Counted from the first letter of the stretch, positions 1-12,114 are shown. The stretch: 52,493 nt of DNA from an uncultured delta proteobacterium (GCA_963793865.1 CAWCBP010000003.1:1-52493); one strand, 5' to 3'. Notes: generated by a model from the sequence alone, not told the origin. Numbers and translations: made by a program.

Positions 1-159
1 GTTCAACTTGAAAAATTCACAGGTTAAACAAGTGCTCCGAAGGCATTCCGAATTATTGAAAATATTCTTTCCTGTTCATTTTAACATCTTTGCCGGTAAA
101 CTCGTGTCTTTGATATATATGATTCAACTTTAATCAATTTCTAAACCAATTTATCTGCT

Positions 160-2573
160 ATGTTAATCAAGAGAATTATTACGTTGATTGCCTTTGTGAT
201 GGCAGTCCTGCCGGTATTTGCCCGGTGAGGCCGATCTTAAAATCCCTGATCTTACCGAATCCAGAATAATCTGCTGATGCTGGGCTTCATAATCTGCTTT
301 TTAGACTGGGCTTTGGTTTTTATCAATACCTTAAGGTAAAAAACCTGCGCCCACAAGTCGATGCTCGATGTTGCGAAAATGATCTTCGAAACCTGCAAGA
401 CTTACCTGATCCAGCAGGGCAAATTTCTTCTTATGCTTTTCGTCATCATTGGTTTATGTATTGCATTTTATTTCGGGTACCTGAAGGAGAATTCGTTCGG
501 AGGTGTACTGCTGATCCTTTCCTGGACAGTCATCGGGATACTTGGTTCATACGGCGTTGCATGGTTTGGCATCCGGATGAATACACTTGCCAACAGCCGT
601 ATGGCATTTGCCTCGCTTGAACGCAAACCTATCAAAGCTGCTGAATATTCCGCTGAATGCCGGTATGAGTATCGGTGTTATGCTGATCTGCGTTGAACTG
701 ATCATGATGCTGATCATTTTGATGTTTGTTCCGCGCAATATGCAGGTGCAAGCTTTATCGGTTTTGCCATCGGTGAATCACTGGGCGCCAGCGCATTGCG
801 TATTGCAGGCGGTATCTTTACCAAAATTGCTGATATCGGATCGACCTGATGAAAGTGGTTTTCAAAATTAAAGAAGACGATCCGCGAAATCCCGGCGTCA
901 TTGCTGACTGTACCGGTGATAATGCCGGCGACAGCGTCGGCCCGACGGCAGATGGTTTTGAAACTTACGGTGTTACCGGTGTTGCCTTATCAGTTTTATC
1001 GTATTGGCAGTCACCAATGTTGAACTGCAGATGGAATTGCTGACATGGATTTTTGTGATGCGTATCTTGATGGTTATAACTTCAATAGCTGCATTCTATA
1101 TGAATCAGTGTCTTGAGCAAATTCTGTACCGGAAAGAGATGATATTGATTTTGAGAAACCACTGACCAACCTGGTATGGATTACTTCCATTCTTTCGATC
1201 ATTGTTACTTTCCTAGCAAGTTACTGGCAGTTAGGCAACCTTCCCAACAATCTCTGGCTGACGCTTTCGGTCATTATCAGCTGCGGAACACTGGGTGCTG
1301 CACTGATTCCCGAGTTTACAAAGATATTTACCAGTCCTAAATCGACACATGTAAAAGAAATAGTTAAGGCTTCCCGCGAAGGTGGTGCTTCGCTGACGAT
1401 TCTTTCAGGATTAGTTGCAGGTAATTTCAGCGCTTTCTGGAAAGGAATGGTATTCTCGTCCTTATGTTCATTGCATTATATTGCCAGTACCTATGGGCTG
1501 GATGCACACATGATTTATCCTTCATATTTGCCTTTGGCCTTGTGGCATTCGGATTTCTTGGCATGGGCCCTGTTACAATTGCTGTTGACAGCTATGGACC
1601 GGTAACCGATAATGCTCAGTCGATTTATGAACTTTCACTGATCGAAGAGAATATTCCACAAGAAATCAACGAAATTGAAAGAGATTTTGGTTTCAAACCT
1701 GATTTTGAAAAGGCAAAACATTATCTCGAAGCCAATGACGGTGCAGGAAATACCTTTAAAGCCACAGCAAAACCGGTTTTGATCGGAACAGCAGTGGTCG
1801 GTGCCACAACCATGATTTTCTCCCTTATCCTTGTAATCAAAAATCATTTCGGCGTTGAACCCGACAGATATTCTTAACCTTCTGAATCCTTATACTATTC
1901 TTGGATTCCTGTGCGGAGGAGCAGTAATATACTGGTTTACCGGCGCATCCATCCAGGCTGTTACAACCGGTGCATACCGTGCAGTTGAATATATTAAGAA
2001 AAATATCAATCTTGATGAGAATGCTGATAAAAAAGCTTCGATTGAAAAGTCAAAAGAAGTGGTGAAGATCTGTACCCAATATGCCCAGAACAGGAATGTT
2101 CAATATTTTTATTGCCATTTTCTCATTTGCCATTGCCTTTGCTTTCCTGTCGGGATACCAGGATCATTGGATATTGGCCGAAATAGCCGCCGCGTTATGC
2201 TGCAGTCCTCATTTTTTGTCAGCTTACCTGATCGCTATCGCATTCTTCGGTCTTTTCCAGGCAATTTTTATGGCAAATGCCGGCGGTGCATGGGATAATG
2301 CCAAAAAAGTGGTTGAAGTGGACCTGAAAGAAAAAGGAACTGCGTTGCATGATGCAACGGTTGTTGGCGATACCGTTGGTGATCCGTTTAAAGATACTTC
2401 ATCGGTTGCACTAAATCCGATCATCAAGTTCACAACATTATTCGGACTGCTGGCCATGGAGATTGCCATTTCGCCAACTTCTATTCAGTTGCTCCTTATA
2501 TCGGCGTTGTCTTCATGCTAGTAGCCTTTATTTTGTGTACCGTTCATTCTACAAGATGAGGATTAAAAAGTAG
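160..2573 (+). CDS. hppA: Membrane-bound cation-translocating pyrophosphatase, divergent clade (several frameshifts)
   Basis: Fragments carry [50 protein letters not shown] and [14 protein letters not shown] 160 to TAG 2573 across frames. Confidence 0.92.
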
Positions 2574-2632
2574 TTTGCCGGAAACGATCAGATAATCTAT
2601 TTAATTGATTGTCATTAATATATTAATATAAT

Positions 2633-2669
2633 TAAGGGTTATGACTTTTACAGGCATAACCCTTATTTG
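2633..2669. terminator. Hairpin terminator between convergent genes
   Basis: TAAGGGTTATG / CATAACCCTTA 11-bp stem with AT-rich flanks. Confidence 0.6.
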
Positions 2670-2689
2670 TTATGAATAATTATCAGTAA

Positions 2690-4425
2690 TTACTCTTCCA
2701 ATTCGGGATTGGTGGCGAGTGAACCCCAGTTGTAATTTTCAAGTCCTTTCAAGAGCCGTTCCTGTTTTTCTTCAGGGGTCATGATCAGGTATTTAGCCCT
2801 CCGCTCTTCGGCTTCGAAGGCCATCTGCCGTTTGACTTCTGCCCTGATCTCCATAATCTCTCTTTCCTTTTTATTTTTCAGATAGGGCTGGGCTACATTC
2901 GGGAAAAATTCGATCAGGAGTTCTTCCTTCTCGTTTTCAGCCAGCAGAACGCCGCCAAATTTTTCGAGGATAATCGGGTTGTCCTGCTTCTTGTATTTGG
3001 AAGTATCATATGGAACTGCCTCGCGAACGCTGCAAATCTTTTCGCGGAAATCAGGATCTATTTCAATGGGCGTCTTGCCATAAGAGCCTTTGACCAGATT
3101 GAAGAACTGGTTGGATACATTGGTATAAAACGGCTTATCATTGGCAGCGTCAATCACACAGTTGACAGCCTGCGCCCCTACAATCTGGCTGGTAGGCGTT
3201 ACAAGCGGCGGGCATCCGCAATCGATACGCACCAGCGGTACGGTTTCAAGAACCTTTGGAAGCAGATGTCCAGCTTGAGCTGCTTCAGCTGGGCAAGCAT
3301 ATTTGTATACATCCCGCCGGGGATTTCAGCAGCTTTAACGGCTTCGTCGGGATCAACGAAATTGAAATATTCTTCGATGCGGTGGATAACGTCAAGAAGC
3401 TCGTTTTCTTTATCAGTCTTCGCAAGGTCAATCGCAATATCAAAGAGCTTATCGACTGATTCAGGTAATTTTGAATTCAGGAAATCAAATTCGACCGGGA
3501 ACTGCTTATAAGAATCAAAATCAGCCAATTCTTTCCTGATGATCCTTAATTCTCTGTCGATTTTCATCACAGCTTCAAGGTTTACACCGGTGTCAATGCC
3601 CAATTTATCGGCAAAGATGCGGATGATCTCGTAAGCAGGAGCAGCAGGTCCCCCAGCAAAGGTCATGATGTTCGTATCGATGATATCGACACCATTGATC
3701 ATCGCGGTTAACAATGCCCCCAATCCATAACCCGGTGTACAATGGGTATGAAAATCAACCGGCAGATCAATTTCTTTTTTCAATCTGCGTACCAATTCAC
3801 CGGCTACATTAGGAGTGATCAAGCCTGCCATGTCCTTAATCGTGATCATGTCAGCACCTAAAGCCTGCATTTCCTTGGCTTTGGATACAAAGTAATCGAG
3901 CGTAAATACATCTGAAGGCAATCTTTTACCTTTGAGCATGGACTTCACCTTCTGCAGAGCAGAAAATTTCGGGTCAACAGTGTAGCATACAGCACAATCG
4001 GCCATACCGCCGTTTTCCTTTACATACTTTATCGTCGAGGCCATGTTATCGACATCATTCAGACAGTCGAAGATGCGCATGATTCCAATGCCTGATTGCA
4101 CTGCATTACGGTTAAAACCTTCAATGACATCTTCGGGGTAAGGATTGTAGCCAAAAAGGTTACGCCCTCTTGACAAAGCAGTAAGCTTTGAAATATCGCC
4201 GATCTCGCTTTTAATGCTTTCAAGGCGATACCAGGGATCTTCGCCCAAAAAGCGCATGATCGAATCGGGTACTGCACCTCCCCAGACTTCAATGGCATAA
4301 AATCCGGCATCTTTATAATAATGGCAAGCACACGTTCTACCTGATCCTGGCTCATTCGTGTCGCAAACAAGCGATTGCTGGCCATCGCGCAATGTAAGAT
4401 CTCTGATTAATATTTTCCGGCTCAT
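2690..4425 (-). CDS. Oxaloacetate decarboxylase alpha / pyruvate carboxylase B-type carboxyltransferase, no biotinyl domain (frameshifted)
   Basis: RDLTLRDGQQSL, EVWGGA, IKDMAG, HTHCT, IPGGMYTNM, PPLVTPTSQIVG. Confidence 0.88.
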
Positions 4426-4599
4426 CAGTTTTAGAATATTATTATAACGATTGAAAATTATCAATTACAAAAATAATCGATTATATTGTTCAAACGTTCA
4501 AATATTTTTATATTTATCGTTAATTAAACATTAATCTTAACATTGGGAAAGACAATAAATATTATTGTACTCATCCTTATAATTTTTTATCCGGGTTGT

Positions 4600-4627
4600 T
4601 ACATTTGCATTTGGAATATTACCTTTG
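4600..4627 (+). promoter_or_regulatory. Bacteroidota-type -7 promoter boxes upstream of tatA
   Basis: TACATTTG (4600) and TACCTTTG (4620) match TAnnTTTG. Confidence 0.5.
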
Positions 4628-4645
4628 TCAAAAAGTAAATTAGTC

Positions 4646-4916
4646 ATGGGACATTTGGTACTCTTTATTAGCGGCGGCGAATTGATAGTAGTAGTGTTTT
4701 TTGCCCTTCTGTTTTTTGGGGCAGACGCTATTCCAGGTCTGGCACGTACTGCTGCGAAAAGCGATGCGGGAGTTCAGAAAAGCCACCGATGACATCAAAC
4801 AGGAGTTTGAGACTCATACCTCTGATATAAAAAACGACTTTAATAAATTGTCTGATAAGATCGAAACCGGGACAACAGATATCAAGCGCAAAATAGAGGA
4901 AGAATTAAAAGACTGA
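4646..4916 (+). CDS. tatA: Twin-arginine translocase TatA/E subunit (frameshifted)
   Basis: MGHLVLFISGGELIVVVFFALLFFGADAIPGLAR from ATG 4646, then AMREFRKATDDIK in a second frame. Confidence 0.85.
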
Positions 4917-5040
4917 ATACTGGCTGCAGATGTTTAATCAGGTGATCAGGCTCAGTAGTACAGATCAAGTGCAATTATCGTTCGCTATTGTTTTCAATCT
5001 CACCATAATGGCGTCAAAATCTTCAAAATACACGACAGGG

Positions 5041-5693
5041 ATGTTAAAGGCAGAATTGATTATAAAGTCGTTTGGTGATCTGGAAGTTTTAAAGGGAATT
5101 TCTCTCGAAGTTCAAAAAGGTGAGATTGTTTCGATTGTCGGCGCCAGCGGGGCAGGGAAAACCACCTTTTGCAGATTCTTGGTACGCTTGGAAAACCTGA
5201 CAAGGGTAAAGTATACATCAAAAAGAGAGATGTTTTTGCACTCGGGGAAAAAGAACTTTCACGATTCCGCAACAAAGAGATTGGATTTGTCTTTCAGTTT
5301 CATCACCTGCTTCCGGAGTTTACAGCTTTTGAAAATGTATGTATCCCGGGATATATTGCCAGGAGAAAAAGAAGTGATGTTGAATCAAGAGCGAAAGAGC
5401 TTTTAAAAATCCTTGATTTAAGCGACAGGCTTGACCACAAACCTTCGCAGCTTTCAGGCGGGGAGAAACAGAGGGTTGCTGTGGCACGTGCTTTGATCAA
5501 TGAGCCGGCAGTAATTCTTGCCGACGAACCTTCAGGAAATCTCGATTCACACAACCAGGAGGAACTTTACCGGCTTTTCTTCAATTTAAGGGAAAAATTC
5601 GGGCAGACTTTTATCATTGTCACGCATGATGAACATTTTGCAGGGATGTCTGACCGCATGATCCATATCCGTGACGGCATTGTGCATGAATGA
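5041..5693 (+). CDS. lolD: LolD-like ABC transporter ATP-binding protein (frameshift ~5170)
   Basis: [48 protein letters not shown]. Confidence 0.85.
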
Positions 5694-6485
5694 TCAACCG
5701 ATTAAGCGACCCCGATGGACAAAGTCATCACTGAAAGAATTTCTTGACGAAAAATATCTTCAATATAACAGCATTCAAGTTTATTGAATCCGATCCGATA
5801 ACAATCCCCCATCTTTTTTCACGTAAGGAAGATATTGAAATTGCTGCATTTCTTTCAGCAGTCATTGCATGGGGCCAGCGGCCTACGATCATCAGGAATG
5901 CCACAAAACTGATGGAACTGATGGGCGGAGAACCTTACAATTTCATGATGAATTTCACAGAGAATGATCTAGTATCGTTTTAACACTTTTGTTCACCGTA
6001 CTTTCAACGGTACAGACTGCAGTTATTTTATAAGGCCTTGCCAGGATTTACAAGGAACACGGAGGATTGGAACAGATCTTTTCAAAGGCCTATTCCTTTG
6101 ACCATACCATCAAATCTGCAATTACCCTCGTTTCGCGAAGAGTTCCTTTCATATCAGCCACATCCCAGAACAGAAAAACACTTTGCCAATCCTTCAAAGG
6201 GATCTTCGGCAAAACGGATCAACCTGTTCTTAAGATGGATGGTCCGTTATTCGACAGAGCGGGGTTGATTTCGGGATCTGGAAATCAGTGCCGGCATCGG
6301 CATTGATGATCCCACTTGATATTCACTCAGGAAATACAGCGCGCAAACTTGGCTTATTACAGCGAAAACAAAATGACTGGCAGGCTGTTGAAGAGCTTAC
6401 AGCGAATTTAAGACAATTTGATTCGGATGATCCGGTGAAATATGATTTTGCCTTGTTTGGATTAGGGATGTTTGAAAAATTCTGA
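5686..6485 (+). CDS. TIGR02757/DUF2400 family protein (frameshifted)
   Basis: [44 protein letters not shown]. Confidence 0.85.
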
Positions 6486-6496
6486 ATTATAGACAA

Positions 6497-7213
6497 ATGG
6501 GCAGGAATAATTGGTTTGAATTCAAACAGTTCAGGATTGAACAACAAAAAGCGGCCATGAAGGTCGGTACTGACGGCGTGATCCTCGGAGCATGGGTTTC
6601 AGCTGATGATGCTGCACGTATCCTTGATGTGGGAACAGGTACCGGACTAATCGCCCTGATGCTTGCTCAGCGGTGCAATGCGAAAATTGATGCTGTTGAA
6701 ATTGATACACCGGCTTATTCAGAAGCCAAATATAATTTCGATCAATCCCCATGGAAGGAGCGGTTAAAAATCTTTCATTCTGATTTTAATACCTTTTCAA
6801 ATGAAAAAGGTGCAACTGTACGATTTAATCGTCTGCAATCCGCCTTTTTTCATTGACTCTTTAAAAACCTCAGATCCTCGGCTTGCCAAAGCAAAGCATA
6901 ATGAATCGATGACTTTCAGCCAACTGATACAGGGTTCGGTCAGACTTATTAAATGCCAAAGGCAGGCTGGCCGTCATCATTCCTTTAAAAAGCATTGATG
7001 AATTTCGTGAGACTGCACGATTGCATGGATTCTATCTTCACAGGCAAACAACAGTTATTACAAAACCCGGCAAGACCTGCAAGCAGGGTATTGCTGGAGT
7101 TTTCTTTATTGCCCGGCTATCCTCAAACTGATGAAATTTATTTCGCAATCAGGACGGACAAATTTACTGACCAGTTCAAAGAACTGACCGGTGCGTATTA
7201 TTTGAATATTTAA
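6497..7213 (+). CDS. trmN6: tRNA1(Val) A37 N6-methyltransferase (frameshifted)
   Basis: [33 protein letters not shown]. Confidence 0.85.
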
Positions 7214-7266
7214 AACAACATAGCTGCTTTTTCGTTAATTTAGCAAACATTGACTAAGAATAAGAA

Positions 7267-7681
7267 ATGTTATCAATACTGGAAAATATAAATTACTGGG
7301 CAGTAGCCCTGGCTGCATTCACAAACATTGTAATGGGCAGTTTTTGGTATTCGCCTTTTATCCTGGGAAATCCATGGATGAAGGAACACGGATTTGTTGA
7401 GGCTGATTTCGTAAAGGGACAACTCTTTGTGGATGATCCTGCTGTTATCCTTTGTATTCTCATTTATTGCAGCATTTGCAATCGCCGCTTTCCTTGGTCC
7501 GCATTCAAACGCATTAAAAGGGGCGGGTATGGGTATGCTTATTGCAGTGTGCTGGATTTCAACTTCCAGGGCTAATCTTTTCCTGTTTGAAAAACATTCC
7601 TTAAAGTTATTCCTGATCCATGCAGGATATGATGTTTTAAGGTACATGGTGATGGGTGCTATTATAGGGGCATGGCACTGA
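7267..7681 (+). CDS. DUF1761 family membrane protein (frameshifted)
   Basis: INYWAVALAA..GSFWYSP..G.PWM and LFLIHAGY...MGAIIGAW. Confidence 0.75.
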
Positions 7682-7782
7682 GAAATAAGGCAACAGTTAA
7701 GGCTAACAGCAAGATGCTAAATGAATTCACCATCTAGATAACACTGAATTAACCTAGGTTTTCCTTCGCCGAATTATTTGTT

Positions 7783-7790
7783 TACTTTTG
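7783..7790 (+). promoter_or_regulatory. Bacteroidota-type -7 promoter box
   Basis: TACTTTTG 21 nt before ATG 7812. Confidence 0.45.
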
Positions 7791-7811
7791 AGGGAATCTG
7801 AATAAACCATC

Positions 7812-8640
7812 ATGAAGCGAACCCTGCTGATCCTGATTTTATTTTGCCTTATTTCACCAAAAGGTGAAGCTGCCAATCTTTCTCCCCAGGCACAAATCAG
7901 CCTTCTCACCTGTTCTTCAGGAACTGAAATCTATTCCTATTTCGGACACAGCGCAATAAGGGTTAAGATCCCGAAAACAATCTTGACCAGGTTTATAATT
8001 ACGGTGTATTTAGTTTCGAAACGCCTAATTTCATCTGGCGTTACTGCAAGGGCGAAACCTATTACATGCTTGCATGATCAAAGCATGAGTTCATTCATGC
8101 AGACCTATTACGAGGAGAAGCGCGACGTTTATGAACAGGTACTGAACTATTATTCCCGCAAGAGCGGCAGGCTCTTTACAATGCCCTGCTTGAAAATAAC
8201 AAGCCCGAAAACAGAGTATACCTCTATAAACATTTTTCCGATAACTGTGCAACACGTATCCGCGACCAGTTTGAAAAGGCAGCAGGCGGGAAACTCAGAT
8301 ACGATACGCTTTCAGATAAGCCATTACACCTACAGGCAGCTGCTCGATCAGTTCCTGCCCGGAAACAGCTGGAGCGGTTTCGGCATAAAGCTTGCCTTGG
8401 GCATTCCGTGCGACCGAAAGACAACTTTTTCCCAAAAGATGTTCCTTCCAGCCTATCTTCAGAGCGATATGGCAAAAGCGGTGCTGGTGAGGGATGGCGA
8501 CAACCTGCCGTTTTCCCAGCCTATGGCGGTATTGTACAAAGCCCCGGTAATCAGCGAAGGATTCAGTCTGACCTCCCCTGCAATGGTTGTCCTGACGATT
8601 TTTCTTCGTTGTGCTGGGACTTTCCTTTTCATTTAAAAAT
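7812..8640 (+). CDS. DUF4105 / Lnb-type lipoprotein N-acyltransferase domain protein, frameshifted and truncated
   Basis: Signal peptide, SLLTCSSGTEIYSYFGHSAIRV, DNCATRIRD (alternate frame), FGIKLALG, MFLPAYL; breaks off in the first TM helix. Confidence 0.8.
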
Positions 8641-9331
8641 ATTTCTTAGATAGAGGGATCCTGCTTTATAAAAGTGCTGCACTAGCTAAAGTATATGAGC
8701 CTTTTCTTCCATAGGCTTTTCCGAGATAGTAATATACATGTGGCAATTCAGGGTTGATTTCAAGGGCCTTGCTATAAGCATCGATGGCATCATTGAACAG
8801 GCCCTTGTAATAGCAGGAATACCCAAGATTAAAGAGCACATTGAACGCACCGGGTTGCGAAGCCAGGCTTGTTTTAAATTCATGTATAGCTTCATCTGTC
8901 ATTCCCAGTTTAAAGTAAGCAAGCCCAAGATTATTATGCGCAGCTGCGTGATCCGGTTCTAACGCAATAACGCTGTGATATTCGGATATAGACTCGTTCA
9001 ACATTTCCATTCGGCCATAGGCGACACCAAGATTATAATGTGCGTCAACGAATTCCGGTTGCAGCGCAATAGCCTTTTTATATGAGCCAATCGCTTCATT
9101 AAACATGCCTTTGGCAAAATATACATTCCCAAGCGCCATAAACGCTTTGCTATTGGGGCCTGCTGACAATACCCGCTCGTATAATCTGATTGCTTCGTCG
9201 TAATCTCCGGTTGTATAAGCATGGTATCCATTGTGATATGTTTCATCTGCAGTTTCAGAGCAGAGATTATCAGCAAAAAAGGCTAGCGCTATTAAACAGC
9301 TCATAAATAATGTTACCATTTTTTTATTCAT
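8640..9331 (-). CDS. Secreted tetratricopeptide repeat protein (3' end disturbed at junction)
   Basis: Signal peptide MNKKMVTLF..., about six TPR motifs (AHYNLGVAY, AHNNLGLAY). Confidence 0.85.
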
Positions 9332-9352
9332 GGCGGTCGGGCGCTCGTAATG

Positions 9353-9377
9353 AAAAGCCCCATTATTTCGTGGGGCG
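9353..9377 (-). terminator. Rho-independent terminator after tRNA-Pro
   Basis: Minus strand GCCCCA-cgaaataa-TGGGGC-TTTT. Confidence 0.55.
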
Positions 9378-9418
9378 ATATGCAATGCGCTGATATGAGA
9401 ATGTAAGATAATTATTAA

Positions 9419-9495
9419 TGGTCGGGACGGCGGGATTTGAACCCGCGATCTCTTGCTCCCGAAGCAAGCGCGCTACCAGGCTGCGCTACGTCCCG
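9419..9495 (-). tRNA. tRNA-Pro(CGG)
   Basis: CGGGACGTAGCGCAGCCTGGTAGCGCG-CTTGC-TTCGGGA-GCAAG-AGATC-GCGGGTTCAAATCCCGC-CGTCCCGACCA; cloverleaf with encoded CCA. Confidence 0.97.
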
Positions 9496-9613
9496 ACTGG
9501 ATAAGCCTTGGAGTGTTTTAAACACCCAATCTATTATTACTTTTTGGGCAGTCTGTCAAGACTTCACTTACAGGAATGCTGAATATCATATCGTGTGGCA
9601 GCGCGACGGCATG

Positions 9614-9644
9614 AAAAAAGCCCCTCAGTGTTTAACTCGGGGGC
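9614..9644 (-). terminator. Rho-independent terminator
   Basis: Minus strand GCCCCCGAG...CTGAGGGGC-TTTTTT after the 9670 stop. Confidence 0.6.
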
Positions 9645-9669
9645 CCGGCATTTTGAGAAAATCTGCCTG

Positions 9670-10334
9670 TTACCGGTAATTGCACCACTCCCCCGGCGTG
9701 CATAAGGGGCAGGGTCTATTGTATGGACTTCTGCCTGAATCCTGTTTGAACAGCATGTTGTCCCACCCGTCCACATCACCATCACAATCAAAGTCTCCAT
9801 TGCATGGATCTACATTAGTACAGGGTCGAGTATACCGGTTTCTTCCCATTTCTGACTGGAATAAGGTAACATCCCCTCCGTCAACGTCTCTGTCGCAGGT
9901 GAAATCGCCTTCACAGTCACAGGCATCGCCGATGCCGTTGCCGGCCGGGGGATAGATGTCCTGCTGATCTGGGTTGTAATGGTCCGGGCAGTTGTCTTCA
10001 TGATCTATGTAATCGTCCAGTATCAGAGAAAGCTCGCGGGAATAAGCGCTTTCATTGCCGGAAAGATCGTAAGCAGTGAGAGCAATAAAATGAGGGACAT
10101 GCTCATACATGAACAGTCTATCCAATAGGTAAGAGGTAACCTTTCCCGCATTAATAACCGTCGTGTAGCGTCCGGATAAATTGCCATAATATAAGTAATA
10201 ACCACCCAAATCTTGCTCATGTTTGGATTCCAGATTACGGTCATTCCATCGCTTTCTGAAACGATGACCGTACAAAACAACACCCATATCAGGATTGACA
10301 GTCTGTACATTCGCACCATTATTCTTTCCTTCAT
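9670..10334 (-). CDS. Secreted protein: FN3 domain, TSP3-type Ca-binding repeat and duplicated dockerin-like loops (frameshift ~10220)
   Basis: Hydrophobic N-terminus, WNPN/DLGGYYLYYG...ALTAYDLSGNES, DNCPDHYNPDQ.D...GIGDACD, GDFTCDRDVDGGD / GDFDCDGDVDGWD. Confidence 0.7.
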
Positions 10335-10384
10335 TGATTACAGTTTCATGTGGAGTGTAAAAAAAGTTGCGGTAAAGCGGGGCA

Positions 10385-10413
10385 AGGCTAGGTGAATGCG
10401 GATGATGTGTCAA
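10385..10413 (-). promoter_or_regulatory. sigma70-type promoter for the FN3 gene
   Basis: Minus strand TTGACA-17nt-TAGCCT. Confidence 0.5.
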
Positions 10414-10624
10414 GCAAAAATTGACGTATACTGCATAAAGTATAACCGCCTTCAGATGGCAGATTAAACGAAGGAATAATAAAAAAGTTTTGCGTTATTT
10501 CTTTAACAGTGGTTTGAAGGAAACAAATGTATAAAACTGCCATGAAGAATCGGAACAAATAGGAAAAAATCAGTGAAAGTGACTAAGGCAATGATTCTTA
10601 TTCATCGCGGATCGGGTTTAAAGA

Positions 10625-11997
10625 TTATTGGTTGAGGTTCAGCTTCTCCATCCTTCGGTGAAGCGACCGCCGCGAGAGACCCAGTATCACGGCGGCCTGT
10701 GTCCTGTTCCCGCCTGTTTTGGAGAGGATTCGGGATATGTGCTGTCGTTCCACTTCCTCCAAGGGTAAGATCATCTCCGTATGGAATGACCCCTTTGAGC
10801 GGCCCGCCCGACTTTTCAAGCTGGGCGGTGATCTCCCCCTCTGAAATGTAGTCTTTTGCCGTCAACAGGGCGGTGCTCTCAATCACGTTCTGCAGCTCCC
10901 TCACGTTTCCTTCCCAGGGGTGCTCCATGAGCCTGAGCTGAGCGCCGCGGGAGATGCCTTTAATATTTTTGCCGCATGTGCCGTTGACCCGGCTCAGAAA
11001 GTAGTGGCAAAGCAGCGGGATGTCTTCCTTCCGGTCCCGTAAGGGGGGAAGGTTGATGTCAATGACGTTGATGCGGTAGAAAAGGTCCTCTCTGAAACGC
11101 CCCTCTTTTATGGCCAGACGCAAATCCCTGTTGGTCGCCGTAATAATCTGGACATCCACCCGGGTTTCATTGGGTGACCCGATGCGCCTGATGGTGCGTC
11201 CTTCCAAAACCCTGAGCAGCTTTGATTGCAGCGAGACGGCCATTTCCCCGATCTCATCCAGGAACACCGTGCCCCCGCCGGCGTATTCGAAAATGCCGGG
11301 TTTGGAATCCGTGGCGCCGGTGAAGGATCCCTTCACATGTCCGAAAAGCTCCCGTTCCAGCAGTGTCTCGGGAAAGGCCGAGCAGTTGCAGGGGACAAAT
11401 TGTTTATCCGCCCGCGGGCTTAAGTTGTGAATTGCCTTCGCCACCATCTCCTTGCCCGTGCCCGTTTCTCCGGTGATTAATATGCTGGTAAAATGTTTTG
11501 CCAACCGCTTTATAAGGCTGAATACCTCAAGCATGCGCGGGTTTCTGCTGATCATGCCCTGGAAGGTGTACAATGCCTCTATATCGCGTTCCAGCTGTCC
11601 AGTCTGTTTGCGAATGTTGTAATAGTCGTTAACGCTGTTTAAAGTCTTCAGGATGGTGTCGTAGTCGCCGGGCGCGCTGAGGCAGTCAGCAGCCCCCGTT
11701 TGCACGGCTTTGAGCGCGAACTCCCGGCTGCAGCGGGGCGCCAGAAGCAGCACCTCGATTCTTTCATCGAAATTCTTTATGTCCTTCAACGTCTGCAGGG
11801 AAGGGCTGTCGAGGGAGGGTTTCGTTTCCGAGCTGATAAGAACAATCTCTATGCTGTTTTTGGCGATGATATCCGGTACGGGGGATCTGCTCGTGGACGA
11901 GAAAACAGCATAGCCGTGATCCGGATAAAAAATCCGATAAGCGGCCATGCTCTTTTTTGCTTGCGGCAACCAGCAGCAGATTGGTTTTAGGAGTCAT
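10625..11997 (-). CDS. NtrC-family sigma54-dependent activator with degenerate receiver (frameshifts near both ends)
   Basis: GETGTGKE, ELFGHVKGSFTGA, FLDEIGE, FREDLFYR, WEGNVREL; Fis-type HTH GNRTQAAVILG in a second frame. Confidence 0.9.
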
Positions 11998-12114
11998 AAA
12001 GTGTTTTCTCTAAAGGCCATGTGGCTATGACGTCAGTCGAGGAAATGACGAAGATTTCTCGCTGTTGCTCGAAATGACAGACCATAGTCGGAAACACGAT
12101 AATACCGCCGCCTC

